DNA of 64,000 nucleotides from Eledone cirrhosa. Lineage: Eukaryota. Below, piece after piece: positions 23,537 to 35,805 of the stretch. The stretch is from the NCBI GenBank assembly GCA_964016885.1, contig OZ024741.1:267406001-267470000 (forward strand), written 5' to 3'. The notes below the pieces were generated by a model. The model was given only the letters and a program-made list of their open reading frames with translations. It did no database searches and was not told where the DNA came from. Made by a program: the position numbers and the translations under genes. Position 1 is the first letter of the stretch. Each line of letters begins with the position of its first letter.

Positions 23537-26500
23537 TACCTATCTTCCGGCCTCTCTAGAGAATCGTAAAAGCACATATCGCTATATGCTTTTTCTATGA
23601 AAATTAGTAGTGGGCAGACCAACTTGCATAGAGTGTGAGTAAGTACCGGTTCAACGGAGACGATAAAAACAAATAACGAAACGAAATTAAATTTCGTTTC
23701 GTTTGTAACTCACTTTTGTATGACTGACGCTCAAACAATTAAGTCAAAGATGTACATCCATATATGTATACTGAAATACTAGTATGTATATGAATACACA
23801 CACGTATACATATGTAGATGTACCAAGTTTTTTTCACTGATCACTTTACTGTGAGTGGCCAGCTATTCTGTATGTAAACACACAGACAAACCGGTTTTTA
23901 GAGTCATACTGGTTTTTGAGGAAACACCTTTCCTCTATTCTCCAGAAAGCCAGACAAGGAATATTGAACTAGTTTCGTTGTTGTTACAACTCATCAGCAA
24001 TATTTACCTATCTTCCGGCCTCTCTAGAGAATCGTAAAAGCACATATCGCTATATGCTTTTTCTATGAAAATTAGTAGTGGGCAGACCAACTTGCATAGA
24101 GTGTGAGTAAGTACCGGTTCAACGGAGACGATAAAAACAAATAACGAAACGAAATTAAATTTCGTTTCGTTTGTAACTCACTTTTGTATGACTGACGCTC
24201 AAACAATTAAGTCAAAGATGTACATCCATATATGTATACTGAAATACTAGTATGTATATGAATACACACACGTATACATATGTAGATGTACCAAGTTTTT
24301 TTCACTGATCACTTTACTGTGAGTGGCCAGCTATTCTGTATGTAAACACACAGACAAACCGGTTTTTAGAGTCATACTGGTTTTTGAGGAAACACCTTTC
24401 CTCTATTCTCCAGAAAGCCAGACAAGGAATATTGAACTAGTTTCGTTGTTGTTACAACTCATCAGCAATATTTACCTATCTTCCGGCCTCTCTAGAGAAT
24501 CGTAAAAGCACATATCGCTATATGCTTTTTCTATGAAAATTAGTAGTGGGCAGACCAACTTGCATAGAGTGTGAGTAAGTACCGGTTCAACGGAGACGAT
24601 AAAAACAAATAACGAAACGAAATTAAATTTCGTTTCGTTTGTAACTCACTTTTGTATGACTGACGCTCAAACAATTAAGTCAAAGATGTACATCCATATA
24701 TGTATACTGAAATACTAGTATGTATATGAATACACACACGTATACATATGTAGATGTACCAAGTTTTTTTCACTGATCACTTTACTGTGAGTGGCCAGCT
24801 ATTCTGTATGTAAACACACAGACAAACCGGTTTTTAGAGTCATACTGGTTTTTGAGGAAACACCTTTCCTCTATTCTCCAGAAAGCCAGACAAGGAATAT
24901 TGAACTAGTTTCGTTGTTGTTACAACTCATCAGCAATATTTACCTATCTTCCGGCCTCTCTAGAGAATCGTAAAAGCACATATCGCTATATGCTTTTTCT
25001 ATGAAAATTAGTAGTGGGCAGACCAACTTGCATAGAGTGTGAGTAAGTACCGGTTCAACGGAGACGATAAAAACAAATAACGAAACGAAATTAAATTTCG
25101 TTTCGTTTGTAACTCACTTTTGTATGACTGACGCTCAAACAATTAAGTCAAAGATGTACATCCATATATGTATACTGAAATACTAGTATGTATATGAATA
25201 CACACACGTATACATATGTAGATGTACCAAGTTTTTTTCACTGATCACTTTACTGTGAGTGGCCAGCTATTCTGTATGTAAACACACAGACAAACCGGTT
25301 TTTAGAGTCATACTGGTTTTTGAGGAAACACCTTTCCTCTATTCTCCAGAAAGCCAGACAAGGAATATTGAACTAGTTTCGTTGTTGTTACAACTCATCA
25401 GCAATATTTACCTATCTTCCGGCCTCTCTAGAGAATCGTAAAAGCACATATCGCTATATGCTTTTTCTATGAAAATTAGTAGTGGGCAGACCAACTTGCA
25501 TAGAGTGTGAGTAAGTACCGGTTCAACGGAGACGATAAAAACAAATAACGAAACGAAATTAAATTTCGTTTCGTTTGTAACTCACTTTTGTATGACTGAC
25601 GCTCAAACAATTAAGTCAAAGATGTACATCCATATATGTATACTGAAATACTAGTATGTATATGAATACACACACGTATACATATGTAGATGTACCAAGT
25701 TTTTTTCACTGATCACTTTACTGTGAGTGGCCAGCTATTCTGTATGTAAACACACAGACAAACCGGTTTTTAGAGTCATACTGGTTTTTGAGGAAACACC
25801 TTTCCTCTATTCTCCAGAAAGCCAGACAAGGAATATTGAACTAGTTTCGTTGTTGTTACAACTCATCAGCAATATTTACCTATCTTCCGGCCTCTCTAGA
25901 GAATCGTAAAAGCACATATCGCTATATGCTTTTTCTATGAAAATTAGTAGTGGGCAGACCAACTTGCATAGAGTGTGAGTAAGTACCGGTTCAACGGAGA
26001 CGATAAAAACAAATAACGAAACGAAATTAAATTTCGTTTCGTTTGTAACTCACTTTTGTATGACTGACGCTCAAACAATTAAGTCAAAGATGTACATCCA
26101 TATATGTATACTGAAATACTAGTATGTATATGAATACACACACGTATACATATGTAGATGTACCAAGTTTTTTTCACTGATCACTTTACTGTGAGTGGCC
26201 AGCTATTCTGTATGTAAACACACAGACAAACCGGTTTTTAGAGTCATACTGGTTTTTGAGGAAACACCTTTCCTCTATTCTCCAGAAAGCCAGACAAGGA
26301 ATATTGAACTAGTTTCGTTGTTGTTACAACTCATCAGCAATATTTACCTATCTTCCGGCCTCTCTAGAGAATCGTAAAAGCACATATCGCTATATGCTTT
26401 TTCTATGAAAATTAGTAGTGGGCAGACCAACTTGCATAGAGTGTGAGTAAGTACCGGTTCAACGGAGACGATAAAAACAAATAACGAAACGAAATTAAAT

Positions 26501-27913
26501 TTCGTTTCGTTTGTAACTCACTTTTGTATGACTGACGCTCAAACAATTAAGTCAAAGATGTACATCCATATATGTATACTGAAATACTAGTATGTATATG
26601 AATACACACACGTATACATATGTAGATGTACCAAGTTTTTTTCACTGATCACTTTACTGTGAGTGGCCAGCTATTCTGTATGTAAACACACAGACAAACC
26701 GGTTTTTAGAGTCATACTGGTTTTTGAGGAAACACCTTTCCTCTATTCTCCAGAAAGCCAGACAAGGAATATTGAACTAGTTTCGTTGTTGTTACAACTC
26801 ATCAGCAATATTTACCTATCTTCCGGCCTCTCTAGAGAATCGTAAAAGCACATATCGCTATATGCTTTTTCTATGAAAATTAGTAGTGGGCAGACCAACT
26901 TGCATAGAGTGTGAGTAAGTACCGGTTCAACGGAGACGATAAAAACAAATAACGAAACGAAATTAAATTTCGTTTCGTTTGTAACTCACTTTTGTATGAC
27001 TGACGCTCAAACAATTAAGTCAAAGATGTACATCCATATATGTATACTGAAATACTAGTATGTATATGAATACACACACGTATACATATGTAGATGTACC
27101 AAGTTTTTTTTTCACTGATCACTTTACTGTGAGTGGCCAGCTATTCTGTATGTAAACACACAGACAAACCGGTTTTTAGAGTCATACTGGTTTTTGAGGA
27201 AACACCTTTCCTCTATTCTCCAGAAAGCCAGACAAGGAATATTGAACTAGTTTCGTTGTTGTTACAACTCATCAGCAATATTTACCTATCTTCCGGCCTC
27301 TCTAGAGAATCGTAAAAGCACATATCGCTATATGCTTTTTCTATGAAAATTAGTAGTGGGCAGACCAACTTGCATAGAGTGTGAGTAAGTACCGGTTCAA
27401 CGGAGACGATAAAAACAAATAACGAAACGAAATTAAATTTCGTTTCGTTTGTAACTCACTTTTGTATGACTGACGCTCAAACAATTAAGTCAAAGATGTA
27501 CATCCATATATGTATACTGAAATACTAGTATGTATATGAATACACACACGTATACATATGTAGATGTACCAAGTTTTTTTCACTGATCACTTTACTGTGA
27601 GTGGCCAGCTATTCTGTATGTAAACACACAGACAAACCGGTTTTTAGAGTCATACTGGTTTTTGAGGAAACACCTTTCCTCTATTCTCCAGAAAGCCAGA
27701 CAAGGAATATTGAACTAGTTTCGTTGTTGTTACAACTCATCAGCAATATTTACCTATCTTCCGGCCTCTCTAGAGAATCGTAAAAGCACATATCGCTATA
27801 TGCTTTTTCTATGAAAATTAGTAGTGGGCAGACCAACTTGCATAGAGTGTGAGTAAGTACCGGTTCAACGGAGACGATAAAAACGATTCTCTAGAGAGGC
27901 CGGAAGATAGGTA

Positions 27914-27958
27914 AATATTGCTGATGAGTTGTAACAACAACGAAACTAGTTCAATATT
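27914..27958 (+). ncRNA. Minimal type I HHR, first of 3 plus-strand copies (also 28382-28426, 28850-28894)
   Basis: Same motif read directly on the plus strand; predicted cleavage between 27951 and 27952. Confidence 0.92.
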
Positions 27959-29215
27959 CCTTGTCTGGCTTTCTGGAGAATAGAGGAAAGGTGTTTCCTC
28001 AAAAACCAGTATGACTCTAAAAACCGGTTTGTCTGTGTGTTTACATACAGAATAGCTGGCCACTCACAGTAAAGTGATCAGTGAAAAAAACTTGGTACAT
28101 CTACATATGTATACGTGTGTGTATTCATATACATACTAGTATTTCAGTATACATATATGGATGTACATCTTTGACTTAATTGTTTGAGCGTCAGTCATAC
28201 AAAAGTGAGTTACAAACGAAACGAAATTTAATTTCGTTTCGTTATTTGTTTTTATCGTCTCCGTTGAACCGGTACTTACTCACACTCTATGCAAGTTGGT
28301 CTGCCCACTACTAATTTTCATAGAAAAAGCATATAGCGATATGTGCTTTTACGATTCTCTAGAGAGGCCGGAAGATAGGTAAATATTGCTGATGAGTTGT
28401 AACAACAACGAAACTAGTTCAATATTCCTTGTCTGGCTTTCTGGAGAATAGAGGAAAGGTGTTTCCTCAAAAACCAGTATGACTCTAAAAACCGGTTTGT
28501 CTGTGTGTTTACATACAGAATAGCTGGCCACTCACAGTAAAGTGATCAGTGAAAAAAACTTGGTACATCTACATATGTATACGTGTGTGTATTCATATAC
28601 ATACTAGTATTTCAGTATACATATATGGATGTACATCTTTGACTTAATTGTTTGAGCGTCAGTCATACAAAAGTGAGTTACAAACGAAACGAAATTTAAT
28701 TTCGTTTCGTTATTTGTTTTTATCGTCTCCGTTGAACCGGTACTTACTCACACTCTATGCAAGTTGGTCTGCCCACTACTAATTTTCATAGAAAAAGCAT
28801 ATAGCGATATGTGCTTTTACGATTCTCTAGAGAGGCCGGAAGATAGGTAAATATTGCTGATGAGTTGTAACAACAACGAAACTAGTTCAATATTCCTTGT
28901 CTGGCTTTCTGGAGAATAGAGGAAAGGTGTTTCCTCAAAAACCAGTATGACTCTAAAAACCGGTTTGTCTGTGTGTTTACATACAGAATAGCTGGCCACT
29001 CACAGTAAAGTGATCAGTGAAAAAAACTTGGTACATCTACATATGTATACGTGTGTGTATTCATATACATACTAGTATTTCAGTATACATATATGGATGT
29101 ACATCTTTGACTTAATTGTTTGAGCGTCAGTCATACAAAAGTGAGTTACAAACGAAACGAAATTTAATTTCGTTTCGTTATTTGTTTTTATATATTATAT
29201 ATATATATATATATT

Positions 29216-29274
<59 letters not shown>

Positions 29275-29499
29275 AGCAGCATCTGTTAGGGCAAGACGTG
29301 TTTTCTTGGGCTCTGCTAGAGTCAGCAGCAACACACAACCACGTGTTGCTACACACACACAAGAGGAAAGAGGAAAATTTAAAATTTATGAGACCAATAG
29401 AGATATGTACATTTATATATTTATATCTAGATATTGCTATTATCATTTACAGTCCCTCTGTGTTTAATGTATGTTCATTAGTATATGTGTTGTTATTTC

Positions 29500-29785
29500 T
29501 GCTTGCATTTTGCATATATCTATATATATGCTTGCGTGGACCCCTCTCAAAAATTCGTTGGATTTTCTAATTGGATACCCTAACACTGGATACCAACACT
29601 GAATACACCTGAACTTCTACCAGGAAATCTTTCGTTGTCATTTCTGCTTGCATTTTACATATATAGATATATATATCAATGGTTGCGTGGACCCCTCTTA
29701 AAGATTCGTTGGATTTTCTAATTGGATACCCCGAAACTGGATACCAATTACTGAATACACCTGAACTTCTACCAGGAAATCTTTC
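29500..29785. repeat. Two-copy ~142-150 bp tandem repeat in an unclassified insert
   Basis: tttctgcttgcatttt...gcgtggacccctct...ctaccaggaaatctttc occurs twice. Confidence 0.75.
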
Positions 29786-29837
29786 ATATCAGTGAAAATT
29801 TTCTTTTCTTTGCTTCATATATATATATTATATATAC

Positions 29838-32800
29838 TTGTCCGCCATTGCAAAAGGCCATCAATTCAAAATTTTGAAGAGAGAGGAAAAGAGAGAAGTG
29901 ATCTATGAACTTGTAACATCTCACTGACCCCCCCCCCCCCGTCACCACACTAACAATAACGCCTACACTCGCTCTCCACCATCACCACATTACTCTAAGG
30001 TCGCTGTCCTGTCCCCTGTTGACATACTGCTGACTCTCTTTTGATGTATGTATGTGTATATACATATGTGTATGTGTGTGTATATGTATATCTCAGTGGA
30101 TGCGACCAGATTTCAACACAGCAACAACTACAACAACAACAGCAGCAACACCAACAACAACAACAACAGCAACAACACCATCGTCTGTGTTGAATGTGTG
30201 TGTATGTATTTGTATATATGCGACAGCAATAACAGCATCAACACCATTGTCTGCAGCAACAGCAGCAGTGAAATGAAGGACAACAACAACAGTAACAACT
30301 ACAATAACAACTACAGCACCAACAACTGCCACCACCATCACTGACCATCCACCACCACCACGCTGATACCATCCACCACCACCACACTGACACCATCCAC
30401 CACCGCCATTACCAGCGTAAACAAACAATTATTATTGTTATTGTTATTATATACAAGCCGAACTGGACTGGGAAAGGTCAACAGTTGACAAGATAGTGAT
30501 TTTGACGATTTTGATTTTGATTTTGATTTTGACTTTGATTTTGATTTTGTATCAGTACTGTCGGTAATATATGTATATATATATATGTTTGTGAGTGGTG
30601 TGCGTGATTGTATGCATGAATGAGTGTTGGTATGTGTGGTTGTGGTTTGTATGCATGAGTATTAGTGTGTGAGTCGTGTCAATAAGTTTCCTTTTTTTTT
30701 TTTTTTAATGACCATGCTGTAAAATGGAGGGGTAGAGAGGGCCCTTGAGTCTAGTAAGACATCCTCTCTAGTGCTGGTGGCACAAATAAAAGCACCCAGT
30801 CCATGCTGTAAAGTGGCGCTGGTGTTAGGAAGGGCATCCAACCAGTGTATCAATGCCAAAAAGCTTATCAGCACAGCAACAAAACAGCATAGAAAAATAT
30901 GAAGACGTCGCATCTCAGAGTTGCAACACTTAATGTTGGCACTCTCAGAGGTAGGTCTGCTGAAATAGCGGAGATGCTGGAGAGAAGGCAGGTGGATGTG
31001 TGCTGCGTGCAAGAGGTGAGATGGAGGGGTGCCTCTGCGAGACTAGTCGTAGGCAAGCGTCTTAGCTATAAGCTATTCTGGGTAGGTAAGGATGATGGGT
31101 TAGGGGGAGTAGGCATTTTCCTGGCTGAGAAATGGATCAATAAGACAATAGAGGTAGTTCGAGTTAGTAATCGAATAATTAAGCTTAGATTAGTTGTAGG
31201 TAGGAGACTACTGACAATCATCTCGGTCTATGCTCCCCAAGCAGGCCTAGGCAAAGATGAGAAAGACTGCTTTTATGAGCAACTTTTGCAAACAACCACA
31301 ATGACAGAGGACGGAGACATCGTTATGCTAGCAGGAGACTTCAATGGTCATGTTGGACAGCTCCAGGATGGTTACACTGGGGTACATGGTGGGCACGGTT
31401 ACGGTTCAAGAAATGAAGAAGGAGTGGGACTTCTTGAATTTTGTGATGCAAGTACATTGACTATTTGCAACACAAACTTCCAGAAACCTGCCAATCACCT
31501 AATAACCTACAAATCTGGTGAGCACATAAGCCAGATTGACTTCCTGCTAGTTAGGCAGCGGGACAGGCAGATAGTGTCTAATACCAAGGCATACCCTGGG
31601 GAAGAATGTACCCCACAGCATAGGTTAGTTGTTAGTGATATCTCAGTAAGCAAGAGATGGAATGAGACATATAGGAAGGTGTGGAGAAGAAAGGTCTGGA
31701 AGCTAAAAGACCTTTCACTAAAATTCAAATTTAGGAAAGCCCTTCAAGATGTATATGACGAAAAAGAAGACGATTTAGAGACGTATGACATAGATAATAA
31801 CTGGAAGTTCTTACGTGACAACTTGCTGAAGGCTACTGATGAAACCTGTGGCTGGAGCAGAGCTCCAACCAGACAGAGAGTGACCTGGTGGTGGAACAGC
31901 AGTGTAGATAAGGCTATTAGAGACAAAAGACTAGCATGGAAGGCTTGGAATAAGGGTGGGAGTAGGGAAGAATATACAGCCACTAAGAGAGAAGCTAGAC
32001 GTCAGGTGTACTTAGCACGCAGGGAGGCAGAGAGTAGGAGGTTTGCCAATGTTCTGCGACGGGAAGATCAGAGGCGTGCGGTGTTCCACATTGCAAGGCA
32101 GTGTGTCAATGCAAATCAGGATGTTGTTGGTGATAAATGTGTCCGGGATGATGCCGGTGTACTTAGTGTCACGAATGACCAGAAAAAGGAGGCCTGGAAA
32201 TGTCATTATGAGAGACTGATGAATGTGGAGAACGAATGGGAGAGAGAGAAATTACCCTTGGTAGATCCGACAGAGGGACCAGCTATTGAGATTGACGAAT
32301 ATAGGGTCCAAGAGGCGATTAGGGAAATGAAAAATGGTAAGGCGGCCGGACCATCGGGAATAGTTGCTGAGATGCTGAAGGCATCAGGGGACGTAGGCAC
32401 TAAACTGGTTGCACGCATAATCAATCAGGCTATATATGGTGGTGTCATACCCAAAGACTGGTGCAGCAGTATTCTCATAAATTGCTACAAAGGTAAAGGG
32501 GATGCTTTGGAGAGGAGCAATTATAGGGGTATAAAACTGATAGATCAGGTTATGAAAGTGGCAGAAAGGATTCTAGCACAACTAATTAGAGAAAGGGTCA
32601 AACTAGATGAGATGCAGTTTGGTTTTGTGCCTGGGAAGAGTACAACAGATGCCCTCTTCTTGGTGAGACAAATGCAAGAGAGGTTCTTAGAGAAGAATAA
32701 GCCACTATACTTAGCCTTTGTTGACCTAGAGAAGGCCTTTGATAGGGTACCCCGATCTGTCATCTGGTGGTCCCTAAGGAAGCTGGGTGTTGAGGAATGG

Positions 32801-33997
32801 CTTGTAAGGACAGTGCAAACTTTGTACAGAGGTACTCTCAGTAAAGTCAGGGTAGGAATGGAGTTTAGTGAGGAATTCCAGATACAAGTAGGAGTACATC
32901 AGGGTTCGGTCCTCAGCCCGCTCTTGTTCATTATAGTCCTCCAAGCCATAACAGAGGAGTTTAAGACTGGCTGTCCATGGGAACTTCTCTATGCTGACGA
33001 TCTGGCTCTTATGGCAGAATCAGTAGAGGAGCTAGAGAATAAATTCCGGCTATGGAAACAGCAGTTGGAAGCAAGAGGACTGAGAGTAAATCTAGCTAAG
33101 ACAAAAGTGTTGATGAGTAGAAAAGAGGACAAAACCCTGATTCCGTCAGGGAAATGGCCATGTTCGATATGCAGAAAAGGAACTGGCATAAATTCTATAA
33201 AATGCACACAATGTAGGTCCTGGGTACACAAGAGATGTAGCGGGATAGCAGGCAAACTAACAGGTAGGGAAAAATATGTATGCAGTAGATGTACAGGGAA
33301 ATTAGACAGTAGAAGTCGCACTGATAGACACATTTTTCAAATGCGAGAGGGCGCTATAGAAGTGGTGGATAGCTTCCGGTACCTAGGAGATCAGATTAGC
33401 ATGGGAGGAGGGTGTTCCGAGGCCATAGTATCTAGAATAAGGACGGGTTGGAAGAAGTTTAGGGAGCTGCTTCCTCTGTTGACGAAGAAGGGTTTCTCCC
33501 TGCGTACGAAAGGCCGGTTGTATGATGCCTGTGTGAGGAGCGCGATGCTGCATGGTAGTGAGACATGGGCAGCTACCGCAGAAGATATGCGACGGCTGGA
33601 GAGAAATGAGGCAAGCATGCTCCGTTGGATGTGCAGTGTAAATGTGCGTGAACGACCCAGCATAAATGTGTTGAGAGAGAAACTGTGTCTGAGAGGGATA
33701 GAATGTAGTGTACGGGAGAGGAGACTGAGGTGGTATGGACATGTGATGCGCATGGAGGATGACCGATGGGTGAAGAAGTGCCAGGAAATGCCAGTTGAAG
33801 GAAGACGTGGTAGAGGTAGACCACGAAAAACATGGGCGGAGGTGGTGAGAACAGACCTCAGATCATTGAAGCTCACGGTGGAGATGACGAGGGACCGTGA
33901 CGAGTGGAGAGATGCTGTGCTGAATAAGACCCGTCCCACCCTTGCAAGCAGGGAAAAGCGGACGTAAAATGATGATGATGATGATGATGATGATGAT
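29838..33997 (+). mobile_element. Full-length RTE-clade LINE family A, including a probable ~1 kb 5' UTR
   Basis: Intact ORF and (GAT)n tail; the upstream module 29838-30445 recurs upstream of the minus-strand copy (60600-61455). Confidence 0.9.
30899..33967 (+). CDS. RTE LINE polyprotein, 1022 aa: APE endonuclease + reverse transcriptase with PHD-like Cys/His insert
   Basis: ATLNVGTL, CVQEVRW, AGDFNGHVG, SQIDF, QHRLV (APE); FVDLEKAFD, GVHQGSVLSP, YADD, FRYLG (RT); RGRPRKTW C-terminus; no stops. Confidence 0.96.
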   Translation: MKTSHLRVATLNVGTLRGRSAEIAEMLERRQVDVCCVQEVRWRGASARLVVGKRLSYKLFWVGKDDGLGGVGIFLAEKWINKTIEVVRVSNRIIKLRLVVGRRLLTIISVYAPQAGLGKDEKDCFYEQLLQTTTMTEDGDIVMLAGDFNGHVGQLQDGYTGVHGGHGYGSRNEEGVGLLEFCDASTLTICNTNFQKPANHLITYKSGEHISQIDFLLVRQRDRQIVSNTKAYPGEECTPQHRLVVSDISVSKRWNETYRKVWRRKVWKLKDLSLKFKFRKALQDVYDEKEDDLETYDIDNNWKFLRDNLLKATDETCGWSRAPTRQRVTWWWNSSVDKAIRDKRLAWKAWNKGGSREEYTATKREARRQVYLARREAESRRFANVLRREDQRRAVFHIARQCVNANQDVVGDKCVRDDAGVLSVTNDQKKEAWKCHYERLMNVENEWEREKLPLVDPTEGPAIEIDEYRVQEAIREMKNGKAAGPSGIVAEMLKASGDVGTKLVARIINQAIYGGVIPKDWCSSILINCYKGKGDALERSNYRGIKLIDQVMKVAERILAQLIRERVKLDEMQFGFVPGKSTTDALFLVRQMQERFLEKNKPLYLAFVDLEKAFDRVPRSVIWWSLRKLGVEEWLVRTVQTLYRGTLSKVRVGMEFSEEFQIQVGVHQGSVLSPLLFIIVLQAITEEFKTGCPWELLYADDLALMAESVEELENKFRLWKQQLEARGLRVNLAKTKVLMSRKEDKTLIPSGKWPCSICRKGTGINSIKCTQCRSWVHKRCSGIAGKLTGREKYVCSRCTGKLDSRSRTDRHIFQMREGAIEVVDSFRYLGDQISMGGGCSEAIVSRIRTGWKKFRELLPLLTKKGFSLRTKGRLYDACVRSAMLHGSETWAATAEDMRRLERNEASMLRWMCSVNVRERPSINVLREKLCLRGIECSVRERRLRWYGHVMRMEDDRWVKKCQEMPVEGRRGRGRPRKTWAEVVRTDLRSLKLTVEMTRDRDEWRDAVLNKTRPTLASREKRT

Positions 33998-34050
33998 ATT
34001 ATATATATATATTATATATATATTATATATATATATATATATTATATATA

Positions 34051-34081
<31 letters not shown>

Positions 34082-34112
34082 AATATATATTATATATATA
34101 TATATATATAAA

Positions 34113-34151
<39 letters not shown>

Positions 34152-34197
34152 TATATATATATATATATTATATATATATTATATATATATATATATA

Positions 34198-35120
34198 TCA
34201 TCATCATCATCATCAACGTTTAACGTCCGTGTTCCACGCTTGCATGGGTTTGGACGGGGGTAGTCCCACTTGAGGCAAGAGTGATTGTCTTGCTCGCATA
34301 GGACTGTCTGACAGGTTTTCTACAGTTGGATGCCCTTCCTAACACCAACCACATTTACAGTGTGGGTCTGGGAGGTTTTTACCGTGTTGCCTACACGGCC
34401 ACATTACAGCGTGGACTGTGTGTTTTTGTTGTGACGCCTACACGATCTCATTTGTTTCGGCCTGGATGGCGCGGCACCAACATAACTTTACATAGAACGG
34501 GTGGTGTGGATGGGGTGGGGGTGGTGGCGGGACGGGGTGTATTTTGTTAGAGATGCCTACTGGCAAGGCGGGTCTTCTCTGTTACTGAGTACCGCCAAAG
34601 GTCTCGGTCCAGTGACATTGTCTTGGAGAGGTGTAAGTGTGTGAGGTCGGAGTTTATCAGCTCATCCCAGGTTTTTCTAGGTCTGCCTATTCCGTGGCTA
34701 CCGTCTCTCTTTATTGCCCTGCACTTTGTTATACAGCTATCGACTTTCGTGCGCATCACGTGTCCATACCAACGTAGCCTTCTCTCGAGTAAACAACATC
34801 TGATCCCTCTTATCTCTAATTTTTTCCTTAGTTCGTTTATGCTTTGCCGTTCACGTATATTACTGTTACACATCCAGCGGAGCATGCAAGCTTCGTTCCT
34901 CTCTAGTCTGCGTATATCCTCTGCACACAATGCCCAGGTCTCACTGCCATGCAACATTGCTGTTCGTATGCAGGCATCGTACAACCTGCCTTTCATTTTT
35001 AGGGAGAACCCTTTAGCAGCTAATAGTGGTATAAGCTCTCTGTACTTTTTCCAACCAGGTCTGACTCTAGCTACAGTACTTTCAGAGCACCCTCCCCCAC
35101 TGCTGATTTTATCGCCCAGA
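34198..35120 (-). mobile_element. RTE family B 3' fragment
   Basis: ORF 34547-34996 plus family-B 3' UTR. Confidence 0.9.
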
Positions 35121-35123
35121 TAT

Positions 35124-35178
<55 letters not shown>

Positions 35179-35208
35179 ATATTATATATATATATATTAT
35201 ATATATAT

Positions 35209-35239
<31 letters not shown>

Positions 35240-35253
35240 ATATATATATATAT

Positions 35254-35286
<33 letters not shown>

Positions 35287-35371
35287 CATAATATATATAT
35301 ATTATATATATATTATACATATATATATATTATATATATATATATTATATATATATATATTATATATATAT

Positions 35372-35423
<52 letters not shown>

Positions 35424-35488
35424 CATAATATATATATATTATATATATATTATACATATATATATATTATATATATATATATTATATA

Positions 35489-35805
35489 TTGGCCTTGCAA
35501 TCGAAAGGTTGTGAGTTCAATTCTCAGACCGGGTGATGTGTTGTTTCCTTGAGCAAGACACTTTATTTCACATTGCTCCAGTTTACTCAGCTGTAGAAAT
35601 GAGATGGTAGGGACTGGGGTCCCTATCATTCCACTGTAAAATGGTCGTGGAGGTGCCACGGCAAAAAAGCACCCAGCACTCACTGTAAATGAGGTTGGTG
35701 TTAGGAAGGGCATCCAGCTGTAGAAATCAAGCCAGAATCAGTTCCCGTCCCACCCTTGCAAGCAGGGAAAAAGCGGACGTATGATGAAATGAATGAAATG
35801 AATGA
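35489..35805 (+). mobile_element. tRNA-head SINE with RTE-A tail
   Basis: Matches 45872-46210. Confidence 0.88.

Larger units (their letters stand above)
23269..29191. repeat. Tandem array of ~12.6 near-identical 468-bp units, each with one HHR (retrozyme-like); ~9.9 units forward (23269-27884) and ~2.8 inverted (27883-29191)
   Basis: Unit starts at 23269, 23737, 24205, 24673, 25141, 25609, 26077, 26545, 27013, 27483; the only difference seen is a +2 T homopolymer in unit 9; (TA)n on both flanks. Confidence 0.97.

Noticed and set aside
23387-23569. Repeated 60-aa ORF MASYSVCKH... in each 468-bp unit
   Set aside because: GTG start, antisense to the ribozyme, no recognisable domain, not apparent in the 472-bp sister unit
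23269-29191. CRISPR array or 5S/snRNA gene cluster interpretation
   Set aside because: Units are fully identical with no unique spacers, the context is eukaryotic, and no 5S, tRNA or snRNA sequence is recognisable
33391-33939. Antisense ORFs over RTE copies ([11 protein letters not shown]... and similar)
   Set aside because: Shadow frames of the RT ORF, repeated only because the element is repeated
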